Origin: an uncultured bacterium
GTDB taxonomy: Bacteria; Actinomycetota; Actinomycetes; S36-B12
Direction: 5' to 3'
Assembly (NCBI GenBank): GCA_903850745.1
Contig: CAINMH010000047.1
Coordinates: forward strand, 1 to 55,715
DNA: 55,715 nucleotides
Of the stretch, positions 20,943-29,419 are shown in pieces. A program made the position numbers and the translations under genes. Each line of letters begins with the position of its first letter. Position 1 is the stretch's first letter. Below the pieces are notes generated by a model, which saw only the letters and a program-made list of their open reading frames with translations, did not search any database and was not told the origin of the DNA.

Positions 20943-22037
20943 GTGACGCAGACCCTCCGTACAACACCCTTGCACTCGCGTCATCTTGGGCTTGGAGCCA
21001 AGATGGCCGACTTCGGTGGCTGGGAGATGCCCATCGAATACGCCGGGGTCCTCGCCGAGCACGCTGCCGTACGTGAGCGGGTGGGCCTGTTCGACGTCTC
21101 GCACATGGGCAAGGTCGATGTCCGGGGGGCCGGGGCACTTGCGCACCTCAACGCGCTCTTGACGAATGATCTCGGGCGTATCGTCGATGGGCAGGCGCAG
21201 TACTCGTTGATGTGTGACGTGGACGGTGGGGTTATTGATGACCTGATTGTCTACCGGTGGAGCGATTCGGATTTCATGATCATTCCGAACGCATCTAATG
21301 CCAGCGACGTTGTGCGCCAACTTCGATCAAATATCCCTAGTGCCGTAGAGGTGGTCGACAATCACGACCAACGCGGAATCATCGCCGTACAAGGACCGCG
21401 TAGTTCTGACCTTCTCACGCGACTCAATCTGCCGGTCGATCACGAATACATGACTGTGGTGGCGTCGAGGTACCGCGACTATGACGTTGCGGTGTGTCGA
21501 AGTGGCTACACGGGTGAACGTGGATTCGAAATTGTTGCGCCCGTGGAGGTCATCCCCGAACTCTGGGATGACTTGCTCAAGTATGGGGAAGATCTTGGAG
21601 TCCTCCCAGCGGGACTTGGAGCCCGCGACACCTTGCGCACGGAGATGGGTTATCCGCTACACGGACACGAACTATCTCGAGACATCTCTCCAGTGCAGGC
21701 GCGACTTGGCTGGGCAGTCGGCTGGGATAAGCCGGACTTCGTGGGTCGCGAAGCACTAAGTGTTGAGCGTTCAGTGGGTCCACGACGTGTGCTTCGAGCT
21801 GTGAAAGCGGTCGATCGGGCGATACCGCGAGCGCACATGTCGGTGCAGGCGGTTGATGGCCGCGACATCGGCCAGGTCACGAGTGGCACGTTTTCGCCCA
21901 CCCTCAAAGTCGGAATTGGCCTAGCGCTCCTCGACCCAACAATCTCTGCGGGTGACCGAGTGTTCATTGATGTGAGAGGCCGGCTGGGCGAATTCGAGGT
22001 TGTTGCAACGCCATTCGTGCCAGCTCACACTCGATAA
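20943..22037 (+). CDS. gcvT: Glycine cleavage system aminomethyltransferase T
   Basis: Contains TPLHSRHLGLGAKMADFGGWEMPIEY and GYTGERGFE. GTG 20943 is preceded by TACCGT (TANNNT) with a 6-nt spacer, which suggests a leaderless start. Confidence 0.9.
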   Translation: MTQTLRTTPLHSRHLGLGAKMADFGGWEMPIEYAGVLAEHAAVRERVGLFDVSHMGKVDVRGAGALAHLNALLTNDLGRIVDGQAQYSLMCDVDGGVIDDLIVYRWSDSDFMIIPNASNASDVVRQLRSNIPSAVEVVDNHDQRGIIAVQGPRSSDLLTRLNLPVDHEYMTVVASRYRDYDVAVCRSGYTGERGFEIVAPVEVIPELWDDLLKYGEDLGVLPAGLGARDTLRTEMGYPLHGHELSRDISPVQARLGWAVGWDKPDFVGREALSVERSVGPRRVLRAVKAVDRAIPRAHMSVQAVDGRDIGQVTSGTFSPTLKVGIGLALLDPTISAGDRVFIDVRGRLGEFEVVATPFVPAHTR

Positions 22038-22052
22038 CTCACCGACTCTTGC

Positions 22053-22874
22053 TCAGAGGCGAGCCAACGCCGCTTGGAGTGAGTTGAGCACAAGCATCGG
22101 CGCAATGCCGGATTGGGTGTCGAGATGCAAATCCACGAACGGGTGCAGGTCTAGGCGATCCAATACAAGATGCGCAGCGGGATCGGCAGGGCGTTGTGAA
22201 GCCCACCACCATTCGCGCGAGCGGTACGAAATTCGGTGCGCAGCCAAAGCTGCGGCGAGGGAAGATGTTGAATTCAGAAGCACGGGAGTCCGCCTTGCTG
22301 CGGCAGCCAGCAAAACCCCCGTCATGGCGGCGATGTCGTAGGCACCTACAGCGTCGAGTAGCGCGACCGTGTCACCAAGGTGCTTTCGCGCCAAGCGCAT
22401 AGCGTCGCGTACCGAACCCACCCGAATCATCCATGCCGTGGCATCGAGTTGGCGCTGCGTCGCTGCGGCAGCGTCGGTCGAGGTCAAGAGTGCAACCAAG
22501 GCGAGAGTGCCCGGGGCAAGGAACGCTGGGTCTTGCAGGACAAGGGCGTCGGCGCCTGAATCGACAGCGCGGTCGGCTGCAGCAGCTCCAGCAAAGAGAG
22601 CTGTGAGTGCATCCGCCGAAACATCTAGGACCGTGTAGTGGCTGCTGTCGTCGCGCCAAGAGTCAGCACTCAGGGCAACGACGCTGACAGACTGAGGTTC
22701 TTTCGGTGGCCAGATGCCTTGAACCGAAGCGAACCACTTCACGATGTCACCCACGTGTCCGAGCGACTCTAGGACTGCGACGGTCGAAGTGTCGGCGTAC
22801 TCAGGTGGCGTCACTGTGCTGATCCGCTCGATGAGTGACTCAAGTGGAGTCGAAGCGTCAGACACGGGACACAT
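22053..22874 (-). CDS. Degenerate CobT-like protein (nicotinate-nucleotide:DMB phosphoribosyltransferase fold, catalytic motifs not recognisable)
   Basis: The overall pattern resembles CobT (ALVLQD...LALVALLTS..., DIAAMTGVLLAAA, ...DLHLDTQSGIAPMLVL...). However, QDPAFLAPGT replaces GEMGIGNTT and LHLDTQSG replaces MRLGEGTG. It is only 273 aa and overlaps the S-component stop by 17 nt. It occupies the cobT position of the mycobacterial synteny block. Confidence 0.55.
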   Translation of the reverse strand: MCPVSDASTPLESLIERISTVTPPEYADTSTVAVLESLGHVGDIVKWFASVQGIWPPKEPQSVSVVALSADSWRDDSSHYTVLDVSADALTALFAGAAAADRAVDSGADALVLQDPAFLAPGTLALVALLTSTDAAAATQRQLDATAWMIRVGSVRDAMRLARKHLGDTVALLDAVGAYDIAAMTGVLLAAAARRTPVLLNSTSSLAAALAAHRISYRSREWWWASQRPADPAAHLVLDRLDLHPFVDLHLDTQSGIAPMLVLNSLQAALARL

Positions 22875-23670
22875 CTACCGTTCCGATGGGTTGTGTGTCA
22901 AAGACAGCTCGCCGCCCAGCTCTTCGTAGGACCGCCAACGTGGGCCTCCCCAAAACAGTAATCAGGACGACTGTGAGGATTGCCCGGGGGATATCGAAGG
23001 CGAGCGATGTAGCGATGGAGAACGCCAGCCAGTGCTGCAGATTGATGGCTAGACCCGCTCCAGGAACGAAGGCAATCGCCGTTGCAAGTCCGGTGGTGAA
23101 CGGCCAGATCCACAGATTCATAACAAGACCGTAGGCGTAGCAGGCAAGGCCACCGAAGGCAGCGGTGATGCCGATCTCTCGCCACGAACCGTCGCGGGGT
23201 CCGCGAATGAGGCCAGCGCCTAGGCCCACCCAGGCAGCAGCGATCATCTGAAAGGGCAGCCAAGGGCCGATCCCTCCTGTGATTAAGGCACTAGCACCCA
23301 TTGAAATCGCGCCAAGGCAGAATCCGAATCCCGGGCCTAGCGCTCGTGCCGAGAGAATCAGCACGACCCACATCGGTTCGATTCCGACAGTGCCGGCACC
23401 TAGTGGTCTCAGTACGCAGATCACGGCACTCAGCACACCGAGCATGGCAATGGACTTCGCGTTCATCCCGCCATCAGCCAATTGTGCTAGGACCACTGCA
23501 AGAAGCAGCGGCAGAAATGCAGCGAAGAACCATGGCGCATCTGTGGAATGAGCCATAGCTGCCGAGGATGCAGATGCCAATAATGGCCAGCCAAAGGCCA
23601 TGATTCCGACAACGGAGCACAGCGCTATGGCGACAGTGGATCGCGTTTGCAGTCGAACAGAGCGAGTCAT
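22858..23670 (-). CDS. Polytopic membrane protein, ECF-transporter S-component-like (substrate-capture subunit)
   Basis: 270 aa, about 8-9 predicted TM segments and no soluble domain. ATGA overlap with the ecfA stop. It follows T and A components in one operon. Confidence 0.65.
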   Translation of the reverse strand: MTRSVRLQTRSTVAIALCSVVGIMAFGWPLLASASSAAMAHSTDAPWFFAAFLPLLLAVVLAQLADGGMNAKSIAMLGVLSAVICVLRPLGAGTVGIEPMWVVLILSARALGPGFGFCLGAISMGASALITGGIGPWLPFQMIAAAWVGLGAGLIRGPRDGSWREIGITAAFGGLACYAYGLVMNLWIWPFTTGLATAIAFVPGAGLAINLQHWLAFSIATSLAFDIPRAILTVVLITVLGRPTLAVLRRAGRRAVFDTQPIGTVDVSRV

Positions 23671-25292
23671 CGAACTCCGCCTAAGGCTTGCTCGACCTCA
23701 GCAACGGTGAGCCACTCTTGCGGCGCTAGAACTTTCCAGACCTGCGGCGCAAACAGCGGGGACGCAGCAATGACATCACGTGTTGTCCCGTCCGCAACAA
23801 TCTCGCCGTCGGCAAGAACAATCACCCGGGTGGCCACCTCAGCGACAAGTTCCACGTCGTGGGTGGCGAGCACGACAGCGTGACCGCCCGCAGCAAGTGC
23901 GCGTAGTGCGACGACTAGTCGCGACTTGGTGAGGTAGTCCAGCCCGCGAGTGGGCTCGTCCAGCAACACAAGTGGCGGACGAGCGGCAAGAATGACAGCG
24001 AGCGCGAGTGCGAGTCGCTGACCTTCAGAAAGATCACGAGGGTGCTGCGAGACCGAGACATCAGGGGCAAGCGATCGCAGAATTGTGGCTGTCGTTCCGC
24101 GTGGCGCGCGTGCATCTCGGTCTGAGTCTTGGCACTCCGTGGCGACTGTGTCACGTGACAGCAGATCGCTGGGATCCTGTGGGACTAAGCCAACGCGGGA
24201 GATGAGCTCGGGTCCACGCATATCCGCGGGGTCTCCGCCGGAAACCAGAACTGTGCCTCGCGAACGTTTGTGCAATCCGACGAGAGTGCCCAACAGGGTC
24301 GACTTGCCGGCGCCATTGCGGCCCATGATGGCGAGAATCTCGCCTGGATCGACCGTGACCGTCACGTTATCCAAAGCTGTTTTCGTGCCATACGCGACAC
24401 TGACGGAACGCGCATCAAGAAGTCTTGGTGCCAGTGCGTCGACCGTTGTTCCTGCGGATGGATGACTGTTGTGTGCGGTGCGCAAGCGTTCGCGCAACGG
24501 GTCAGCATTGCGCCGCGCATCACGAACCGACAATGGCAAGGGGTTCCACCCGGCAAGTCTGCCGAGTTGGACCACGGGGGGCGCGACGGAGGCAGTGCGC
24601 ATAATGTCCGCCGCCGTGCCAATTTGAACAGGTGCCCCGTTACCGGGAACATGGATAATTCGATCGGCGTATTGCACCACTCGCTCAAGTCGATGTTCTG
24701 CAAGCACGACAGTTACGCCCAGGTCGTGAACAAGACGCTGAAGTGCGGCTAGAACCTCTTCGGCTGCACCTGGATCTAAGGCGCTGGTGGGTTCGTCTAG
24801 GACGAGGATGCGCGGATGAGTTGTCATCACCGCACCGATTGCGACCCGTTGGCGTTGCCCGCCGGACAGGCTCAAGAGTGAGCGGTCGCGAAGTTCGGCT
24901 AGACCTAAGAGATCGACAATCTCCTCCACTCGCTGTCTCATCACAGATGGAGCCAGACCAAGGCACTCCATGCCGTAGGCGAGCTCGTCTTCGACGTACT
25001 CTGTGACAAATCCGTTCATGGGATCCTGCGGAACAACCCCGACGACATCCGCAAGATCTCGCGGGGGATGCGTTGCCGTGTCGCGCCCATCGACTACGAC
25101 TCGTCCTGAAAGGGTGCCGCCGGAGAAGTGTGGAACTAGACCGTTGATCGCGTGAAGCAGAGTGGTCTTGCCGCTGCCAGTAGGACCTACAACGAGTGCT
25201 AGTTCGCCCTCCTGAATGTGGAGGGTGGTGTGCGCAATGACCGGAATGGCGCTGCCGTCGTATGCGATCGTGACGTCCTCAAACCGGATCAT
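23667..25292 (-). CDS. ecfA: ECF/ABC transporter ATPase, fused EcfA1-EcfA2
   Basis: Has two ABC cassettes: Walker A GPTGSGKTT and GRNGAGKST, signatures LSGGQRQR and LSEGQRLA, and Walker B ILVLDEPT and LVLLDEPT. Confidence 0.9.
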   Translation of the reverse strand: MIRFEDVTIAYDGSAIPVIAHTTLHIQEGELALVVGPTGSGKTTLLHAINGLVPHFSGGTLSGRVVVDGRDTATHPPRDLADVVGVVPQDPMNGFVTEYVEDELAYGMECLGLAPSVMRQRVEEIVDLLGLAELRDRSLLSLSGGQRQRVAIGAVMTTHPRILVLDEPTSALDPGAAEEVLAALQRLVHDLGVTVVLAEHRLERVVQYADRIIHVPGNGAPVQIGTAADIMRTASVAPPVVQLGRLAGWNPLPLSVRDARRNADPLRERLRTAHNSHPSAGTTVDALAPRLLDARSVSVAYGTKTALDNVTVTVDPGEILAIMGRNGAGKSTLLGTLVGLHKRSRGTVLVSGGDPADMRGPELISRVGLVPQDPSDLLSRDTVATECQDSDRDARAPRGTTATILRSLAPDVSVSQHPRDLSEGQRLALALAVILAARPPLVLLDEPTRGLDYLTKSRLVVALRALAAGGHAVVLATHDVELVAEVATRVIVLADGEIVADGTTRDVIAASPLFAPQVWKVLAPQEWLTVAEVEQALGGVR

Positions 25293-26362
25293 TGCCTGCC
25301 TCTATCTGGGGGTAGTGGTGTCAACCATGCGGGAAGCAGGCAAAGCGCCAGGGCGCAGATGGCGATCAGCGGCACCTGTGGCATGGTGAAAATGCTTGGC
25401 CCCTGCATGGTGATTGACGAGGCTGTTGCAATCGCGGCAATTGCACAGACCAAGCCCACGCCCGTTGTCGTCCACTCGGGTGTACGCCACGGGTCGCGGC
25501 GATATACCGTGCGGATGCGAGCGCGACTTGCAATGATGAAAGCCACCACAATCATCGCGATGCTTCCGCTGAGCAACGACACCATCGCCGTCGTGGGGAT
25601 TCTTTCGTCCAGCGCGCTGTACGCCCCGATCGCGGCGCACAGGAGTGCGGCGAGAAATGTGCCACCGATCATTCTGCGTCTCGCGTCGCTGGCGTGGCCC
25701 ATACGTCCATAGCCGCGTGAATCCATGGCGGCTGCCAGATGTAGGGACTTTTCTAGAGCACCCTCCAGGACTGGAACTGCAACTGAACCGAAGCCACGAA
25801 GTCCTCGTGTGTCACGACCGCGCAATCGACGCGCTGTGCGCAGCCGATCAGCATCGCCGACAATCTGGGGCGCGAACGTCAACGCGACAACTACCGCCAC
25901 ACCAGTCTCGTACAGGGCAGCCGGTGTGGCCTTAAGTAGTCGGCTGGGTGACGCGAGTGAATTGGCCGCCCCTACGCAGGCGAGTATCGCGGCCAATCGC
26001 ATGCCGTCGAAGATCAAACTCAGTAGGGCGGGCTCTGTGACTTCCCCTCCGAAACGCACACCCGCGGCCCAGGCCGGCAAAGCTAGTGAGGGGAGGCTGA
26101 ACAAAACCCGGCCACCGTCCGGAGCGCCAAAGGCGATGCCGAGCACTACCCGAATTGCGATAACCCACACACCCAAGATGAGAAACAGCCGGAAGGAACG
26201 ACCCCAAGCCGCGTCGGGTCGGCGGGCTGCGACAACGTATGCCGCCACCGCAACAATGCAACCAAGCACCAAGGGATTGGTTGTCCTACTTGCCATGACA
26301 GCAAGGCCAAGCGCCCACGCCCACCAAGCGAATGGATTCAACCACCGCGGGCGACCCATCAT
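25289..26362 (-). CDS. ecfT: Energy-coupling factor transporter transmembrane (T) component, CbiQ/EcfT family, with an extra C-terminal TM extension
   Basis: Contains coupling-helix motifs ARRLRGRD and AMDSRGYG. The ATG at 26362 gives an ATGA overlap with the upstream stop (longest ORF starts at 26386). About 100 extra residues with TM segments lie at the C-terminus. Confidence 0.8.
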   Translation of the reverse strand: MMGRPRWLNPFAWWAWALGLAVMASRTTNPLVLGCIVAVAAYVVAARRPDAAWGRSFRLFLILGVWVIAIRVVLGIAFGAPDGGRVLFSLPSLALPAWAAGVRFGGEVTEPALLSLIFDGMRLAAILACVGAANSLASPSRLLKATPAALYETGVAVVVALTFAPQIVGDADRLRTARRLRGRDTRGLRGFGSVAVPVLEGALEKSLHLAAAMDSRGYGRMGHASDARRRMIGGTFLAALLCAAIGAYSALDERIPTTAMVSLLSGSIAMIVVAFIIASRARIRTVYRRDPWRTPEWTTTGVGLVCAIAAIATASSITMQGPSIFTMPQVPLIAICALALCLLPAWLTPLPPDRGRQ

Positions 26363-27198
26363 CGACGGCCTCGCGAACGTGTCCACGCGAGAACACCCAG
26401 CACGATGATGCCGATGAGCACGACGATGGCAAGGAGTGGTCCTGAACCCGATGAGGGCGAGCTCGAACTTGCTGCTTGGGCGACCTCTTCCGGGGTTACG
26501 GGAATTGACGGGCTCGGTTGGACCGCCTGTGACTGCGGTGCAGCGGGCTCCGGGGACGGTTCGGTTCTTGGCTCCACGGTGGGTTCGATACTTGGCTTAG
26601 TGCTTGGCTCCACGGTGGGTTCGATACTTGGCTCAGTAGTTGGCACAGTGCTTGGCTCAGTATTTGGTTCAACGCTTGGCTCCGTGCTCTGCTCAATTGT
26701 GTCGCGCCCACATCCGGTAGCGGGATACCCGCTGAGACCACATACGAAACCACGCTCGGATCGGATTTCCGTGATGGCCCGCAGTGCATCGAAACCAGTT
26801 GAGCCGTCGGCCACTTCTGCACACGCAACAACCAGATTCGGCGGGGATTCGCCGGCAGGTGCGTCAGCGGTCGTTCCGTAGTCGAGGACCACCGCGATTC
26901 GCAAAATGTCTGCTTGCGGTGCGACGTCGCCACACGCACGGTCATAAACATCCGCAACGTCGACTCGAGGCGGTGTTGTTGCGTCAACGCCAGTCACCGC
27001 GAGGCGCCACCCTTCGATGATCCCCTCATCTGCTGGCCTAAATGCCGGACCAAGCGGAGAAAAACTCCATTCCTGTGTGGTGGAGGTCCAGTAGGTCCAA
27101 TAGCGAAACTCGCTTGCCGTGGCAGGCGCGGCGAGCACTGCGGACGTCAAGACAATCAGACCCCCGCAGTGCAGTGCCAGCGAGCGCGACAAGGTCAT
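26359..27198 (-). CDS. Exported, C-terminally membrane-anchored protein with a globular N-domain and a (T/S)EPS(V/I)EP repeat stalk
   Basis: Has a signal peptide ([28 protein letters not shown]), a domain starting [10 protein letters not shown]...[16 protein letters not shown], a Pro/Glu/Thr stalk, and then [29 protein letters not shown] overlaps at both ends. Confidence 0.75.
   Translation of the reverse strand: MTLSRSLALHCGGLIVLTSAVLAAPATASEFRYWTYWTSTTQEWSFSPLGPAFRPADEGIIEGWRLAVTGVDATTPPRVDVADVYDRACGDVAPQADILRIAVVLDYGTTADAPAGESPPNLVVACAEVADGSTGFDALRAITEIRSERGFVCGLSGYPATGCGRDTIEQSTEPSVEPNTEPSTVPTTEPSIEPTVEPSTKPSIEPTVEPRTEPSPEPAAPQSQAVQPSPSIPVTPEEVAQAASSSSPSSGSGPLLAIVVLIGIIVLGVLAWTRSRGRR
26560..26695 (-). 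repeat. In-frame tandem repeat (36-nt unit, degenerate 18-nt sub-unit) encoding the stalk
   Basis: CTTGGCTCCACGGTGGGTTCGATACTTGGCT is identical at 26567-26597 and 26603-26633, followed by degenerate copies. Confidence 0.8.
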
Positions 27199-28271
27199 AC
27201 GCGTTGGGTCCCCAAAAGTCTTGAGACCAGATTGATTCGCTGTGGCCCGAAGGCTCTCGGTGAGTTGTCCGTGGCACGTGCTACCAGCAACAAGGTTCCG
27301 ATAGCAGCGGGCATGGTGTCGTCCCCGCTGAGTATGTAGTCGTTGACATTGCGAAGGAGCAAGCGGGTTGCTGCCTGCATCGACGCGTTGCCGAAACCTG
27401 CGTTGCGCAGGGCAATGATGGTGAAGGCAGTGGCATTCCAGTCAGGCTGTGTAGCGTCCATCAGCCCAGGGATTGCCCCGTTGTTTCGCGTGAGTGAACT
27501 GACGAGGAACCGCGACATGGCTCCTGCCGCACCCACGTCACGCGAACATTGCGCTGAAGGCGCAGCCTGGGTTTGTGTTTGAGAAAGCGCAGTCAACGGG
27601 CCCGTGAATCCAATGAGTGCTGCGGCAGTACTGAAGCCATCTGGGACTGATTGTTCACTGAAGCCAAGTCCACCGAAGTGGTTCCTGGATACTGAACAGT
27701 CAGCGACGCGATCTCGAATCCATGCTGCGCCGCGCCGAATGGCGGTTCGTAAGGATTTGGAGTCTCCATCGTGTGCGCGAAGCGCTTGCATGACTAGGCC
27801 GGTGGACACTGGGTCTGACGCCAGACCAGCCAGCCATGGCCAACCGCCATCGACTCGCTGAGAGCCCACAAGCCAACGCACTGCTGCGTGGCTGGCCCTG
27901 AACTCACCTACCGCTCCAAGGGCGATCGCTGCTACGGCGGTGGAGTTGGAGTCGGTACCTGTGTACGTCGTCAGGTCGGCGGCTGTGCAGGAACCTGTTC
28001 GGTACGCCATGAACGCACCACTCGCGCATTGTTGCTTTAGGAGCCACGACACTGCCGATTCGGGCGGTTCAACGCCGAATGTCGTCAGACCGATAAGTGC
28101 GTAGGACTGACGGAGAACGCCGTCATACGTGGGGTCCGCTGCCCCGAAAAGCCCGGTGTCCGAATGGCTCGCTGGGGCGGTGGCCGCAATGGCAGGGGCC
28201 GAAGGCACTCCAAAGGCGATGCCACTGGCAACAAGCGCGGCAAGAAAGACATGGCGAAAACGAGTAAACAT
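27195..28271 (-). CDS. Secreted alpha/alpha-toroid protein (prenyltransferase / squalene-cyclase repeat fold)
   Basis: Has a signal peptide ([30 protein letters not shown]) and repeated QxxxGG(W/F) units ([17 protein letters not shown]). AGAGG lies 7 nt upstream of the ATG. It is the first gene after the riboswitch. Confidence 0.75.
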   Translation of the reverse strand: MFTRFRHVFLAALVASGIAFGVPSAPAIAATAPASHSDTGLFGAADPTYDGVLRQSYALIGLTTFGVEPPESAVSWLLKQQCASGAFMAYRTGSCTAADLTTYTGTDSNSTAVAAIALGAVGEFRASHAAVRWLVGSQRVDGGWPWLAGLASDPVSTGLVMQALRAHDGDSKSLRTAIRRGAAWIRDRVADCSVSRNHFGGLGFSEQSVPDGFSTAAALIGFTGPLTALSQTQTQAAPSAQCSRDVGAAGAMSRFLVSSLTRNNGAIPGLMDATQPDWNATAFTIIALRNAGFGNASMQAATRLLLRNVNDYILSGDDTMPAAIGTLLLVARATDNSPRAFGPQRINLVSRLLGTQRV

Positions 28272-28359
28272 GAAGAACCTCTCAATAGCGACCTGAAGAC
28301 GGTACGCCCGGAGGGAGCCAAAGCTCTGTGTCCGAACTCCGCCCCGCAGACCTCGACGG

Positions 28360-28480
28360 GAAGAGCCGCTTGCGTCCGCCAGGTGCTCCGACTTACTGCC
28401 CAGTTAGACACTGAGCGGTTCACGGTTGCGGGTCAGCGCCGGATTTGCACCGGCTTCCCCTGGATATCGAACGCATACGT
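28360..28480 (-). promoter_or_regulatory. Cobalamin (B12) riboswitch aptamer (the leader spans about 28272-28500)
   Basis: The minus strand reads TGCGT-tcgatatcca-GGGGAAGCCGGTGCAAATCCGGCGCTGACCCGCAACCGTGAACC-GCTCAG-tgtctaa-CTGGGC-AGTAAGTCGGAGCACCTGGCGG-ACGCA. This contains the conserved GGGAAGCCGGTGxxAATCCGGCxxxxxCCCGC core, a B12-box-like AGTCGGAGCACCTGGC, and a closing P1 helix (TGCGT/ACGCA, plus-strand 28471-28475 and 28371-28375). Confidence 0.85.
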
Positions 28481-28574
28481 ATGAAGTTGTCCCGACAGCG
28501 AACCACAGCAAGTAGGTGCACGTCAACACGCCTCGCTCGAATGTGACAGGAGATACTGGGCGAAGGAGGTCACT

Positions 28575-28778
28575 ATGGACTGGAATTGGAAATACATCGA
28601 TGCCTCGGGTGCCGAGGTTGTGGGCCCGCTGGGTGATCAGAGGTTCCCGACGCAGGCTGATGCGGAGACCTGGGTCGGCGAGACGTGGCAGGACCTGCTT
28701 GCGGCCGGTGTCGAAGCCGTGACGCTGTATGAGGTCAACCGAGCGGTTTATGGACCCATGGGCTTGCGCCCGGAGTGA
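28575..28778 (+). CDS. Small conserved hypothetical protein (67 aa)
   Basis: A strong SD (AAGGAGG) lies 5 nt upstream of the ATG. The composition is protein-like (MDWNWKYIDASGAEVVG...AVTLYEVNRAVYGPMGL). Confidence 0.65.
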   Translation: MDWNWKYIDASGAEVVGPLGDQRFPTQADAETWVGETWQDLLAAGVEAVTLYEVNRAVYGPMGLRPE

Positions 28779-28781
28779 GAC

Positions 28782-29372
28782 CTATTTGCTAGGTGGCGGT
28801 GCGGGAGTCCCTCTGCGCACCTGCGGTTTGGGTAGTCGCAACCGACGCATCTGTAGAAGTCGCAGAACGGCATAGAGGGAAACGCCCTTGCGATCCTGCT
28901 TGTCGGGGAAATATACGCGCAATGAGCGATGTAAACGAAAAAGCACACTCGCGGTGTCCACGATGACCAGCACGAGGACGGTAAACCACGCGATGCTGAC
29001 GAATGCACTCACCTGCGAGTTTGGGATGAATCCGAGAACAAGGATTCCGACAGCGATAAAGATGAAGTATTCAGCGAGACTGAACTTGCTGTCGACAAAA
29101 TCGCGGACGTACCTCCGCACAGGGCCACGATCGCGCATGGGCAAGTGCTTCTCATCGCCCACCATAATCCCGGCGCGAGCATCGGCACGCGCCTGGCGAT
29201 CGCGTTCACGAGCGGCTGCCTTAGCCGCCTTGGGATCCTTCGGCACTCTCAGCGCCTGTCTCCGAGCATCCTCGGCTTCACGGCGCGAGGGCGTTGCGCG
29301 CCCTTTGCCCGAGACGTCTGTGGGTCCAGATTCAGCGGGCACGTTCTGTGCTTCGGAGCGCTTCTTAAACAT
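28782..29372 (-). CDS. DUF3043-type membrane protein (Rv2206-like)
   Basis: Has a Lys/Arg-rich N-terminus (GKGRATPSRREAEDARRQ), RRYVRDFVDSKFSLAEYF and two TM segments. Confidence 0.8.
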   Translation of the reverse strand: MFKKRSEAQNVPAESGPTDVSGKGRATPSRREAEDARRQALRVPKDPKAAKAAARERDRQARADARAGIMVGDEKHLPMRDRGPVRRYVRDFVDSKFSLAEYFIFIAVGILVLGFIPNSQVSAFVSIAWFTVLVLVIVDTASVLFRLHRSLRVYFPDKQDRKGVSLYAVLRLLQMRRLRLPKPQVRRGTPAPPPSK

Positions 29373-29419
29373 GAGGGCAGCCTAGTTGTTGTGTGTCGGG
29401 TATGGGGCCGGGGGAGAAA

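Noticed and set aside
26560-26695. Tandem repeats here and at 17211..17335, considered as a possible CRISPR array or minisatellite
   Set aside because: Both are in-frame, lie inside well-supported genes and encode Pro-rich linkers. There are no unique spacers and no cas genes.
28085-28484. ORFs 28085..28423 (minus) and 28164..28484 (plus) over the operon leader
   Set aside because: They overlap the cobalamin riboswitch and the signal-peptide region of the toroid gene. The conserved RNA motifs explain this stretch better.
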